From: Neoechinorhynchus agilis
Taxonomy: Eukaryota; Animalia; Acanthocephala
NCBI GenBank assembly: GCA_051530055.1
Contig: CM121343.1
Span: 6,418,389-6,482,388 of the forward strand
Direction of reading: 5' to 3'
DNA: 64,000 nt
The notes beneath the pieces are model-generated. The model worked only from the letters and a program-made list of their open reading frames with translations, did no database searches and was not told where the DNA came from. The translations under genes were made by a program, and so were the position numbers. This document shows, piece by piece, positions 36,458 to 47,760 of the stretch. The number at the start of each line of letters is the position of its first letter. The first letter of the stretch is position 1.

Positions 36458-38938
36458 CTGTTGCTGAGGTGATTCCTACTCTCCGGACAATATATTTATT
36501 GCGATATTTCGCTGGGCAAATCCAGAATTCTCAAGCAATTTTAGATTAATGCTTGAGAATGTCGGATTTGCCCAGCGAAGTATCGCAATATCTTTATTGC
36601 CCGGAGAGTAGGAATCACCTCAGCAACACTATAATACCTCCGAGGAACCTTCTACATCAGACGAATATTTGTTCTGTTGCTGAGGTGATTCCTACTCTCC
36701 GGACAATATATTTATTGCGATATTTCGCTCGGCAAATCCAGAATTCTCCAATTTTGGATAATGCTTGAGAATCCCCACGAAATATCCAATATCTTGCCGA
36801 GGACACGCAACACTATAATACTCGAGGAACCTTTACATCAGACGAATATTTGTCTGTGCTGGTGATCGACAAATATTTATGCGATATTTCACGGCAAATC
36901 CAAAATTCTCAAACAATTTTGGATTAATGCTTGAGAATGCTGGATTTACCCAACGAAATATCGCAATATCTTTATTGTCCGGAGAGCAGAATCACCTCCG
37001 CAACACTATAATACCTCCGAGGAACCTTTTACATCAGACGAATATTTGTTCTGTTGCTGAGGTGATTCCTACTCTCCGGACAATATATTTATTGCGATAT
37101 TTCACCGGGCAAATCCAACATTCTCAAACAATTTTGGATTAATGCTTGAGAATGCTGGATTTACCCAGCGAAATATCGCAATATCTTTATTGTCCGGAGA
37201 GCAGAATCACCTCCGCAACACTATAATACCTCCGAGGAACCTTTTACATCAGACGAATATTTGTTCTGTTGCTGAGGTGATTCCTACTCTCCGGACAATA
37301 TATTTATTGCGATATTTCACCGGGCAAATCCAACATTCTCAAACAATTTTGGATTAATGCTTGAGAATGCTGGATTTGCCCAACGAAATATCGCAATATC
37401 TTTATTGTCGGAGAGAATCACCTCCGCAACACTATAATACCTCCGAGGAACCTTTTACATCAGACGAATATTTGTTCTGTTGCTGAGGTGATTCCTACTC
37501 TCCGGACAATATATTTATTGCGATATTTCGCTCGGCAAATCCAGCATTCTCAAGCAATTTTGGATAAATGCTTGAGAATGCTGGATTTGCCCAACGAAAT
37601 ATCGCAATATCTTTATTGTCCGGAGAGCAGAATCACCTCAGCAACACTATAATACCTCCGAGGAACCTTTTACATCAGACGAATATTTGTTCTGTTGCTG
37701 AGGTGATTCCTACTCTCCGGACAATATATTTATTGCGATATTTCGCTCGGCAAATCCAGAATTCTCAAGCAATTTTGGATAAATGCTTGAGAATGCTGGA
37801 TTTGCCCAACGAAATATCGCAATATCTTTATTGTCCGGAGAGCAGAATCACCTCAGCAACACTATAATACCTCCGAGGAACCTTCTACATCAGACGAATA
37901 TTTGTTCTGTTGCTGAGGTGATTCCTACTCTCCGGACAATAAAGATATCGATTATTGCGATATTTCGCCGGGCAAATCCAACATTCTCAAACAATTTTGG
38001 ATTAATGCTGGATTTACCCAGCGAAATATCGCAATATCTCTATTGTCCGGAGAGCAGGAATCACCTCAGCAACACTATAATACCTCCGAGGAACCTTTTA
38101 CATCAGACGAATATTTGTTCTGTTGCTGAGGTGATTCCTACTCTCCGGACAATAAAGATATTGCGATATTTCGCTCGGCAAATCCTGCATTCTCAAGCAA
38201 CTTTGGATAAATGCTTGAGAATGCTGGATTTGCCCAACGAAATATCGCAATATCTTTATTGTCCGGAGAGCAGAATCACCTCAGCAACACTATAATACCT
38301 CCGAGGAACCTTTTACATCAGACTAATATTTGTTCTGTTGCTGAGGTGATTCCTACTCTCCGGACAATAAAGATATATTCATTGCGATATTTCGCCGGGC
38401 AAATCCAACATTCTCAAACAATTTTGGATTAATGCTGGATTTACCCAGCGAAATATCGCAATAATCAATATCTTTATTGTCCGGAGAGCAGGAATCACCT
38501 CAGCAACACTATAATACCTCCGAGGAACCTTTTACATCAGACGAATATTTGTTCTGTTGCTGAGGTGATTCCTACTCTCCGGACAATAAAGATATTGCGA
38601 TATTTCGCTCGGCAAATCCTGCATTCTCAAGCAACTTTGGATTAATGCTTGAGAATGCTGGATTTGCCCAACGAAATATCGCAATATCTTTATTGTCCGG
38701 AGAGCAGGAATCACCTCAGCAACACTATAATACCTCCGAGGAACCTTTTACATCAGACGAATATTTGTTCTGTTGCTGAGGTGATTCCTACTCTCCGGAC
38801 AGCATTCTCAAGCAACTTTGGATTAATGCTTGAGAATGCCGGATTTGCCCAGCGAAGTATCGCAATATCTTTATTGTCCGGAGAGCAGGAATCACCTCAG
38901 CAACACTATAATACCTCCGAGGAACTTTTTACATCAGA
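36458..38938. repeat. Tandem array of ~213-215-bp units (~12 copies), each a ~165-bp foldback plus a short tail; whole array flanked by a 12-bp direct repeat
   Basis: Unit TGTTGCTGAGGTGATTC..TCTCAAGCA-loop-TGCTTGAGAA..GAATCACCTCAGCAACA. TTCCTTCCATGA occurs at 36446-36457 and 38939-38950. Confidence 0.95.
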
Positions 38939-39394
38939 TTCCTTCCATGAGTATTGAAAAAGTCAAAAATCGTACTTAACCGATGAGGAAGCTAACAAGG
39001 AAAACGGTACTTAATGGCAAACAAGCTGAAAATAGTGGTACTCACAAACTCCACAATAACCTTCAGGCCGTCCAGGTAGTTGTTTTTCAGTATTTTTGCT
39101 CTTATAAAGATACACACCAATATTTTTATCCGGAACACAAGCGCGGCTATACGAAACAAATACTTTTTTATCCATTTCTACGTTGTATATTGCTGATGTA
39201 TTTTTCAAATAATGGAAAAATCTATGTTTAAATGTAATGTGTTGTTGATTTATTATTTATCATTGAAGATAAATTGAGGATTTTTGTTTGTGTTCAGCAG
39301 ATTCACATGCTTAAAAAGAGCCACTAAACTGGTAATCTCGTTATTCTTATAGCATTTTCGTATAAAACGAGAGTAGTAGAACTCGTTCAGCGAA

Positions 39395-39540
39395 AACTTT
39401 GGCGCCGACTGTCACTTTGACGGTCGTTTGGTACCGTGGCGCAGGACCTGGTCAATCAATTGTCCAAGAGATTGAGGCAATCCAGAGGCAGGAGAATTCC
39501 TCCTAGAAAACACAAGCCGACCATTACACCAGGGCGATTA
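39395..39540 (+). mobile_element. Very decayed CRE-like 3' relic, same subfamily as 27640-27740
   Basis: CGTTTGGTACCG..CAATTGTCCAAGAGATTGAG..GAATTCCTCCTA is shared with the reverse complement of 27640-27740. Peptides LVNQLSKRLR and PEAGEFL. Confidence 0.45.
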
Positions 39541-40420
39541 GATATTTAGCATTATTATTTGATTAACTTTCGGTAGAAAACTCCTCCAAGAGTGGATCAT
39601 ACAAAGGGAGCGCTTTGAACGAATGAATACCATTCGACTTGATACTTTTTGATATGCAGAGCTAAAAGCATTATTTATCCGTATCAAATTATGTGGACAT
39701 TATATATTTTTCGGTAAAGAACATATAAAAAGAGCAATTTTAATTAAGATGAAAATGGGATGAATAAATTCAAAAATTACACTTTTTTCAAACTTTAAGA
39801 GTCGACGAATTACATTTTTAAATTGCATTTCTCTAGGTTCTATCCTTGTTTCAATGTATCTACGGTTACTTTTGTCAGCCAACATTCGGAGCAGTCCCGC
39901 GAAATTTGGATTAATTTGACCATAAATTCTCTTTTGTTCCGTAACTTCGAAATTTCGAGCTAGATGAACAAATTAGGAAATATTTAATCTCACAATCAAA
40001 CATTTGGAACTAAACTACAGCGAATAAATGATTTTTTAAGACCTTTGAGGGTTTTAACTTTAGTGGTGATCCATTATCCGTTGTACCATTTATAAAGACC
40101 GCAGAAGTGCCTTGAGATTGGGAAAATGTGAATGTTTTAGATGCTATCCTGATTTGCAGCATGGATAATAAAACGTTTATTGTTAGAAAATACGAAGAAT
40201 AGGACTATTCGAGTTCAGAGTTATTCAAAAGAAAACCGTATCCTTTATAATTGGAATATGGGGAAGTTCGGCTACGCCAAGTTTGATTCCATGAGATACT
40301 CACGTAGCAAGAACGTGAGCAAGCATAAGGAAGTGAATCCATTTTAAAGAATTTGAGTCATATCTTGCTCATGAGTGTACATAGCTCAGTTTCGTGAACA
40401 TTTGAAATAATGGTACCTTT

Positions 40421-42249
40421 TTGACTATGCACAAAGTCGGATGGCGAAAAAGGCAACGCAAATCTCAAGATTCAAATCGGGTTTTACGTGATTTAATTTG
40501 TGAATACTTTGTAGCTCTTTATGCGTTCAGTTTGCTTATATGTGCGATTGTTCTCTTAATTTCATTAGTATTAACAGAGAAGAAAATCTCAAGACAGATT
40601 TCACCAATAGAAGAAGCATTCTTCGCTTTCCTCTACGCTGTATCATGCGCATGGATGCTTTTTATTCTGATCGATAGTTCATATCAGCACCGGAAACTAC
40701 CAGTGTTCAAGTACAGTTTGTTAGCTATCAACCGACGGCCATCGTGTCCTCCCGCAAAACCGAGATCATCCGTGGGCAAAAGCAGGAGGAAGACCGTTTT
40801 CAGCGCAAGTGCTCTAAGATCCGCACGAAGACGTTCAAATGGAAGCTGTACCCTCATTCCAAGACGCAAAACATTTCATACAAATAACTATGATTATATG
40901 TACAACAAACGGCATCCAACTGGAGGACTATTTATTAGAACAGGTCTTGGTATTTTCTGCCTGGGCAGTGCTATTCATTCGAGCCTTAAACTTATTCGAA
41001 ACGTCTACTTCGACAACTGCGACGAATTGATTCGATTACTGGACAATGTACTCTACATTGTCTTTTCATTTATACAATATCTTTTCTTATTTAAAAGATC
41101 CAACCTTGTAATAAAGAAAATGATCCCGGTTGCCCATGTCGGTGCACTTCATGTAGTAGTCACTAACTTTTGCGTTTGGATAAAGCAAATAATTATTGAA
41201 ACGCGTTTTAATATTGTCCATGAAGATCCAGAATGTCTCGCCCAATTGAGAATCAAACGGTTTCAGTCTCTATGAACCGAGTGGTTCTTTGATAAAGAGA
41301 ATAAACACGTCCACGATTACTCCCTTAATACGACCAGAAGTTCAAACGGACTGGTCAGCGAATGCAATGGGGAAAGTCCATGTAATCTTACAACTCGTAT
41401 ATCCATGCTGTGCCGAATACAGTTTAACTTGCATGATTATGATCTACATGATTTGGTCGCATATTGGAAAATCCGCCGGGTTAACATTGTCGACGAGGAG
41501 TAAGTCGATTTTTGTCATCGATTGCCATTCATCGACAAAAGGGTTTTTCGCCGGAATCTCAGTCTTCCTTTTAACCTTACTTAGCGTGTCAATCATCGCG
41601 GTTTCAGTAGACAATGAAGAACACGCTTCAGACTTCATCGTTGGACTTGGCTACTCCACAACTCTTGGCCTTAATCTCCTATCATTAATCGCCAGTCTTA
41701 GTGTGATTTATTCCATCCGAAATCCAACAGCACACTGATAATCTCGCCATTGATAATGTGGGAAAATACATTACTAGAGAATACAGTGAGATAAAGAAAC
41801 CCCATAAAAGGGATGAATTGGAACTTTATTTACTTATTATATCAATGATGGGGTCGTTGACGTATTGCTCCTTCAAATTTGTTCCGGCGCTATTCCGTGA
41901 ATTTCGAACCCATAAATTATTTAAAATCCGATTCGTTTTAAATTTCGTGCAGGTCACAGAATGTATCGTTCACGGTTTTCTCATGTTCCTTCTGATGTCC
42001 TGTCCGAAAAGAAGTCTCATCAAAGGCCACTGTAGAGCTTTCCTTATGTTCTTGATTATTTGCGATCTTACAATGTGGATCGATGAAAATCTAGCCGCTA
42101 CACAACCGGCTACTGATCCTTTCCAAATGAAGCTTTACGAACTTCTCTCATGGACAATCATTAAAGCATTCGCTGCTCCACTAAAGATCTTCTTCAGATT
42201 CCATTGTGCCAATTGCTTGTCGGACGCTTGGAAGGTTCATTATGAGTAA
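40421..42249 (+). CDS. OTOP: Otopetrin-family proton channel, split into three frames by two +1 breaks (micro-introns, indels or pseudogene)
   Basis: GLFIRTGLGIFCLGS, FSFIQYLFLF, ALHVVVTNFCVWI, YPCCAEYSLT..IWSHIG, DCHSSTKGFFAGI and WTII..PLKIFFRFHC..W are otopetrin hallmarks in the expected order across ORFs 40421, 41289 and 41758. Confidence 0.9.
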
Positions 42250-42489
42250 GACTACCTTTAGGATTTACTTTTGATTGAAATAACGAATAGGACTGGATAA
42301 ATAATGATCTCGGATTGTAAAATGCAGCAGCTATCTCTGATCTTGAATATTAGTTAAAAACTTAGTTAACATTTAAAACAATAAATTCTCCTTTTTTTGA
42401 CTTGTGTGTGTGGTCGATTTACTCGCCCGGTTAAAAATCATTTTATTTTCATATATCATTGCTTTCGGGGTAAATTTGATTATACGTTA

Positions 42490-44385
42490 GAAAATCCAGG
42501 GTGTTATCCATATTTATTAATTGCGAAATATTTCACAAGGTTTTTCTCGCCTCTTCAGTCGCTATTGAATGTAAGTTTTAAATGTGTGAGTTGATGTCTT
42601 GGCGAATCCTGTCCCCGGTGTTATCAATACTCATTTATTTGAGAAATATTTCACAAGGTTTTTTCGCCTCTTCAGTCGCCATTGATTGTAAGTTTTAAAT
42701 GTGTGAGTTGGTGTCTTGGCGAATTCGGTCCCCAGTGTTGTCGATACTCATTTATTTGAGAAATATTTCACAAGGTTTTCCTTGCCTCTTCAGTCGCTAT
42801 TGATTGTAAGTTTTAAATGTGTGAGTTGGTGTCTTGGCGAATTCGGTCCCCAGTGTTGTCGATACTCATTTATTTGAGAAATATTTCACAAGGTTTTCCT
42901 TGCCTCTTCAGTCGCTATTGATTGTAAGTTTTAAATGTGTGAGTTGGTGTCTTGGCGAATTCGGTCCCCAGTGTTGTCGATACTCATTTATTTGAGAAAT
43001 ATTTCACAAGGTTTTCCTTGCCTCTTCAGTCGCCATTGATTGTAAGTTTTAAATGTGTGAGTTGCGAATCCTGTCCCCGGTGTTATCGATACTCATTTAT
43101 TTGAGAAATATTTCACAAGGTTTTCCTTGCCTCTTCAGTCGCTATTGATTGTAAGTTTTAAATGTGTGAGTTGCGAATCCTGTCCCCGGTGTTGTCGATA
43201 CTCATTTATTTGAGAAATATTTCACAAGGTTTTCCTTGCCTCTTCAGTCGCTATTGATTGTAAGTTTTAAATGTGTGAGTTGCGAATTCTGTCCCCGGTG
43301 TTGTCGATACTCATTTATTTGAGAAATATTTCACAAGGTTTTCCTTGCCTCTTCAGTCGCTATTGATTGTAAGTTTTAAATGTGTGAGTTGCGAATTCGG
43401 TCCCCAGTGTTGTCGATACTCATTTATTTGAGAAATATTTCACAAGGTTTTCCTTGCCTCTTCAGTCGCTATTGATTGTAAGTTTTAAATGTGTGAGTTG
43501 CGAATTCTGTCCCCAGTGTTGTCGATACTCATTTATTTGAGAAATATTTCACAAGGTTTTCCTTGCCTCTTCAGTCGCCATTGATTGTAAGTTTTAAATG
43601 TGTGAGTTGCGAATCCTGTCCCCGGTGTTGTCGATACTCATTTATTTGAGAAATATTTCACAAGGTTTTCCTTGCCTCTTCAGTCGCTATTGATTGTAAG
43701 TTTTAAATGTGTGAGTTGGTGTCTTGGCGAATTCGGTTCCCAGTGTTGTCGATACTCATTTATTTGAGAAATATTTCACAAGGTTTTCCTTGCCTCTTCA
43801 GTCGCTATTGATTGTAAGTTTTAAATGTGTGAGTTGGTGTCTTGGCGAATTCGGTTCCCAGTGTTGTCGATACTCATTTATTTGAGAAATATTTCACAAG
43901 GTTTTCCTTGCCTCTTCAGTCGCTATTGATTGTAAGTTTTAAATGTGTGAGTTGGTGTCTTGGCGAATCCTGTCCCCAGTGTTGTCGATACTCATTTATT
44001 TGAGAAATATTTCACAAGGTTTTCGTTGCCTCTTCAGTCGCCATTGATTGTAAGTTTTAAATGTGTGAGTTGGTGTCTTGGCGAATCCTGTCCACGGTGT
44101 TATCGATACTTATTTATTTGAGAAATATTTCACAAGATTTTCCTTGCCTCTTCAGTCGCTATTGATTGTAAGTTTTAAATGTGTGAGTTGGTGTCTTGGC
44201 GAATTCGGTTCCCAGTGTTGTCGATACTCATTTATTTGAGAAATATTTCACAAGGTTTTCCTTGCCTCTTCAGTCGCTATTGATTGTAAGTTTTAAATGT
44301 GTGAGTTGGTGTCTTGGCGAATCCTGTCCACGGTGTTATCGATACTTATTTATTTGAGAAATATTTCACAAGGTTTTTCTCGCCT
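42490..44385 (-). repeat. Satellite of 118/109-bp units (~16-17 copies), each with a minimal hammerhead-like core on the minus strand
   Basis: Period 118 (42721, 42839, 42957) or 109 (43066). The minus strand reads GCGA-CTGAAGA-G-GCAAGG-AAAA-CCTTGT-GAAA-TATT-TC(G/T)C. Confidence 0.9.
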
Positions 44386-44908
44386 AGGCATGTTATCCCC
44401 GCTTTCGTTAACAGAATGGTCTATATGAGGGGCAAGCTGGTCAACAGGCGGTCGATTCGTGCTACGTTGGAGAAACTTAGAGAACAATGCCTAATGATGA
44501 GCTTGAGGAACTCTAGGGAGTCATTGCATTTTCTCAAGCGGAATTTGTTCAAGTATAGGGAGGAACTGCGCTCGTTGTGTTCAACAGGATGCTTGGAACG
44601 AATTATGGAGATGATCGATAGAAGCGTAGCTCCGTCATACCGGTCGATCCCATGGGCTACCCATTTCGCTACCTCTCACGTTGGTGCCAGCCCAGCCTTC
44701 GAGATTGAGGTGATGCACAAGGCATCCGATCCGGTGGATCTCTCGATTGCCGAAGCGCTATGCATTAATCGTGAGAAAGTAGTTGGATTGAGCGGGGTTA
44801 CGAGCAGCAAGGACAGACACAACGAGGCAGAGGGGATGCTCAATAAGAGGGATGAGCTGACGGACAGCGTTGCCCTCCTCTGATTCCTTTTCAGACAACC
44901 GAAGAAAA

Positions 44909-44947
44909 GCTTCCTGACGAAGACGCAAGGCGTCGAAAATTTGAAGC
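44909..44947 (+). ncRNA. Minimal type I hammerhead ribozyme motif (hammerhead A)
   Basis: GCTTC-CTGACGA-A-GACGC-AAG-GCGTC-GAAA-ATTT-GAAGC: 5-bp stem I, 5-bp stem II, and a palindromic AAATTT stem III of the dimer-forming type. Confidence 0.75.
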
Positions 44948-45027
44948 AAGAAATAAATAAAACACCCATTTTCCGTTCGATAATAAATCTGGAATAAAGA
45001 CACCAACTCACACATTTAAAACTTACA

Positions 45028-45080
45028 ATCAATGGCGACTGAAGAGGCAAAGAAAACCTTGTGAAATATTTCTCAAATAA
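45028..45080 (+). ncRNA. Minimal type I hammerhead-like motif (hammerhead B, same as the satellite unit)
   Basis: CAATGGCGA-CTGAAGA-GGCAAAGAAAACCTTGT-GAAA-TATT-TCTCAAAT; stems I and II each have a mismatch in this copy. Confidence 0.5.
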
Positions 45081-45499
45081 ATGAGTAACGACAACATCGG
45101 GGACAGGATTCGCCAAGGTACAATCATTTTATTATTAGGAAATATTTCGAAAGAGGAAACATCGACTTATCAATCGTTGCTTACTCAAATTTTATACTAC
45201 CCTGACGGATTTTCTTTTAATTAGAGGGAAATGAGAAAAATAAAGTTTCACCTCGATTTTAAGAAATTTCGAATTGTAAAAGGAATGAAAATTTAACAGA
45301 TTTATGGACGACAAAGCATGTGAAGCGTATGAACGTAATTTATGAATTTGAATAGCGGAAAACAGATTAAATCTCCTAAGGAAAACACTGTCAATTTCGA
45401 TATCCGATACAATAAATACGAAAATAAATTTTCTACAAAAGTATCAATAACTTTAATGAAATCTAATGTCTGAGATAAAGCAACAATCTCGTCTAAAAT

Positions 45500-47760
45500 G
45501 AGTATTGTCTTCAATTAAAATGAAGTGATTGAACTATTGTCGATAACAGGCGCTGATTTCTAATATAAAATCGATTTTCATACACGCACACGCAAAATGG
45601 TCATTATATTCAAAACTAAAATTTTATGAACTAAATAAATTGTTAAAAAAATACGACAGCGAAAAGTGATTTGAAAGTTGAATTCTAATAACGAGCCATA
45701 GACAATTATTGAACTACCTTATTACCAAGTCCTTCAACGGAAGAAAATTTCCTTCACTTAAGAAGTTTTCGTTTGGGGAAAAGTAACAGTCTTAATCGGT
45801 TCCTCTGAGAAATGTTCCAATTTTTGGGAACGGCGAAATTTTATTTCGTTCCCTTTTAACTTCATCTGGACCATAGAAGCTCGTTGGTCTGATTTCAATA
45901 TTTCTGCATTATCCTACGATTTTTCAATTTCAGGGTAAGAAATAAAGCCTTTAAAGCGTTCTATAAAATGTATATTTTCATAGTTTAAATTATGAATGTC
46001 TAAAAATCGCGAGAGATGTTGAATTGTCTTTAGATTTGAAAAACGCAATTTTATTATCCACGAGATTTAAAAACGTTGCGCTCCCGACGAAGTTCGTAGA
46101 ACGTCTTTTTAATCGAAATAATTATTTCGACCGAGGGTGTAGACTTCTAACCATAATAATTCTCTAATCACATTCCCTCCGGTATCTCACATATCGACAA
46201 TTAGAGAAATAACTTATCGTTAGCATCGGCCACTTTTTCAATTTTATTTGGTTATGATTCCATTTGGCAGATTTCTCGGAATCTTGTTGATTTATCTATT
46301 AATTAGAGAAGTCTACATCCGCGGTCGAAATAATTATTTCGATTAAAGACGTTCTGCGAACCTCGTCGGGTTTTGTTTACTAACAAACTGAGATGATGAA
46401 CCCTTTAAGAGGTTCGTAGAACGTCTTTTTAATCGAAATAATTATTTCGACCGAGGGTGTAGACTTCTAACCATAATAATTCTCTAATCACATTCCCTCC
46501 GGTATCTCACATATCGACAATTAGAGAAGTAACTTATCGTTAGCATCGGCCACTTTTTCAATTTTATTTGGTTATGATTCCATTTGGCAGATTTCTCGGA
46601 ATCTTGTTGATTTATCTATTAATTAGAGAAGTGTTTAGAAGTCTACATCCGCGGTCGAAATAATTATTTCGATTAAAGACGTTCTGCGAACCTCGTCGGG
46701 TTTTGTTTACTAACAAACTGAGATGATGAACCCTAAGAGGTTCGTAGAACGTCTTTTTAATCGAAATAATTATTTCGACCGAGGGTGTAGACTTCTAACC
46801 ATAATAATTCTCTAATCACATTCCCTCCGGTATCTCACATATCGACAATTAGAGAAGTAACTTATCGTTAGCATCGGCCACTTTTTCAATTTTATTTGGT
46901 TATGATTCCATTTGGCAGATTTCTCGGAATCTTGTTGATTTATCTATTAATTAGAGAAGTGTTTAGAAGTCTACATCCGCGGTCGAAATAATTATTTCGA
47001 TTAAAGACGTTCTGCGAACCTCGTCGGGTTTTGTTTACTAACAAACTGAGATGATGAACCCTTTAAGAGGTTCGTAGAACGTCTTTTTAATCGAAATAAT
47101 TATTTCGACCGAGGGTGTAGACTTCTAACCATAATAATTCTCTAATCACATTCCCTCCGGTATCTCACATATCGACAATTAGAGAAGTAACTTATCGTTA
47201 GCATCGGCCACTTTTTCAATTTTATTTGGTTATGATTCCATTTGGCAGATTTCTCGGAATCTTGTTGATTTATCTATTAATTAGAAGTTTAGAAGTCTAC
47301 ATCCGCGGTCGAAATAATTATTTCGATCAAAGACGTTCTGCGAACCTCGTCGGGTTTTGTTTACTAACAAACTGAGATGATGAACCCTTTAAGAGGTTCG
47401 TAGAACGTCTTTTTAATCGAAATAATTATTTCGACCGAGGGTGTAGACTTCTAACCATAATAATTCTCTAATCACATTCCCCTCTACCTCCTCCTCGCAC
47501 ATATCGACAAAATTTCAATCGATTCAGATTATGTATGGTCGCAATAATCCTCACAAAAAAATTAATCCTATTTACCGCGTTCTGGTCTGTAATGAGTCCA
47601 TGTTTCCGATATTTTTTCGGTTTCATTATTTATCTCCCCTTTTGATAATTTTCTCCAGTGTCGATTTCATAAATTCATAATAAATCGTTTTTTTTAACAA
47701 ATTCGTCCACTAAACCGAAAATCGAACGAATGCTTTTAGAGGCACTCGTTGCCATCTATA
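45500..47760 (-). pseudogene. Possible decayed leucine-rich-repeat gene interrupted by the 328-bp array
   Basis: Stop-ridden minus-strand pieces INKIPRNLPNGI, FLNLVDNKIAF, LNYENIHFIERFKG and NIEIRPTSFYG look like LRR fragments; a hydrophobic stretch follows near 45600. Confidence 0.3.
46090..47480. repeat. Tandem array of ~328-bp units (~4.2 copies): a 164-bp TTAGAAGTC-family MITE plus ~164 bp of flank
   Basis: TTAGAAGTCTACATCC..GGTGTAGACTTCTAA at 46635-46798, repeated at 46963 and 47289. Confidence 0.93.

Larger units (their letters stand above)
44386..45117 (+). mobile_element. Internally deleted Penelope-like element: in-frame mini-ORF, then a pseudo-LTR region with two hammerheads
   Basis: The ORF ends with a GIY-YIG C-terminal-like stretch (ATHFATSH..FEIEVMHKASDPVDLSIAEALCINRE..LNKRDE) fused to a Penelope-like N-terminal piece; no RT is present. 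45000-45117 is one inverted copy of the adjacent satellite unit. Confidence 0.7.

Noticed and set aside
36458-38938. CRISPR-like appearance of palindromic repeats with short intervening sequence
   Set aside because: The intervening sequences are identical between units, the repeats are far too long, the context is eukaryotic and there are no cas genes. The same applies to the other arrays.
42436-45133. 12-bp direct repeat AATCATTTTATT as a target-site duplication of the Penelope-satellite block
   Set aside because: AT-rich, the left copy is ~45 bp from the apparent edge, and similar words occur elsewhere (~15225, ~58100).
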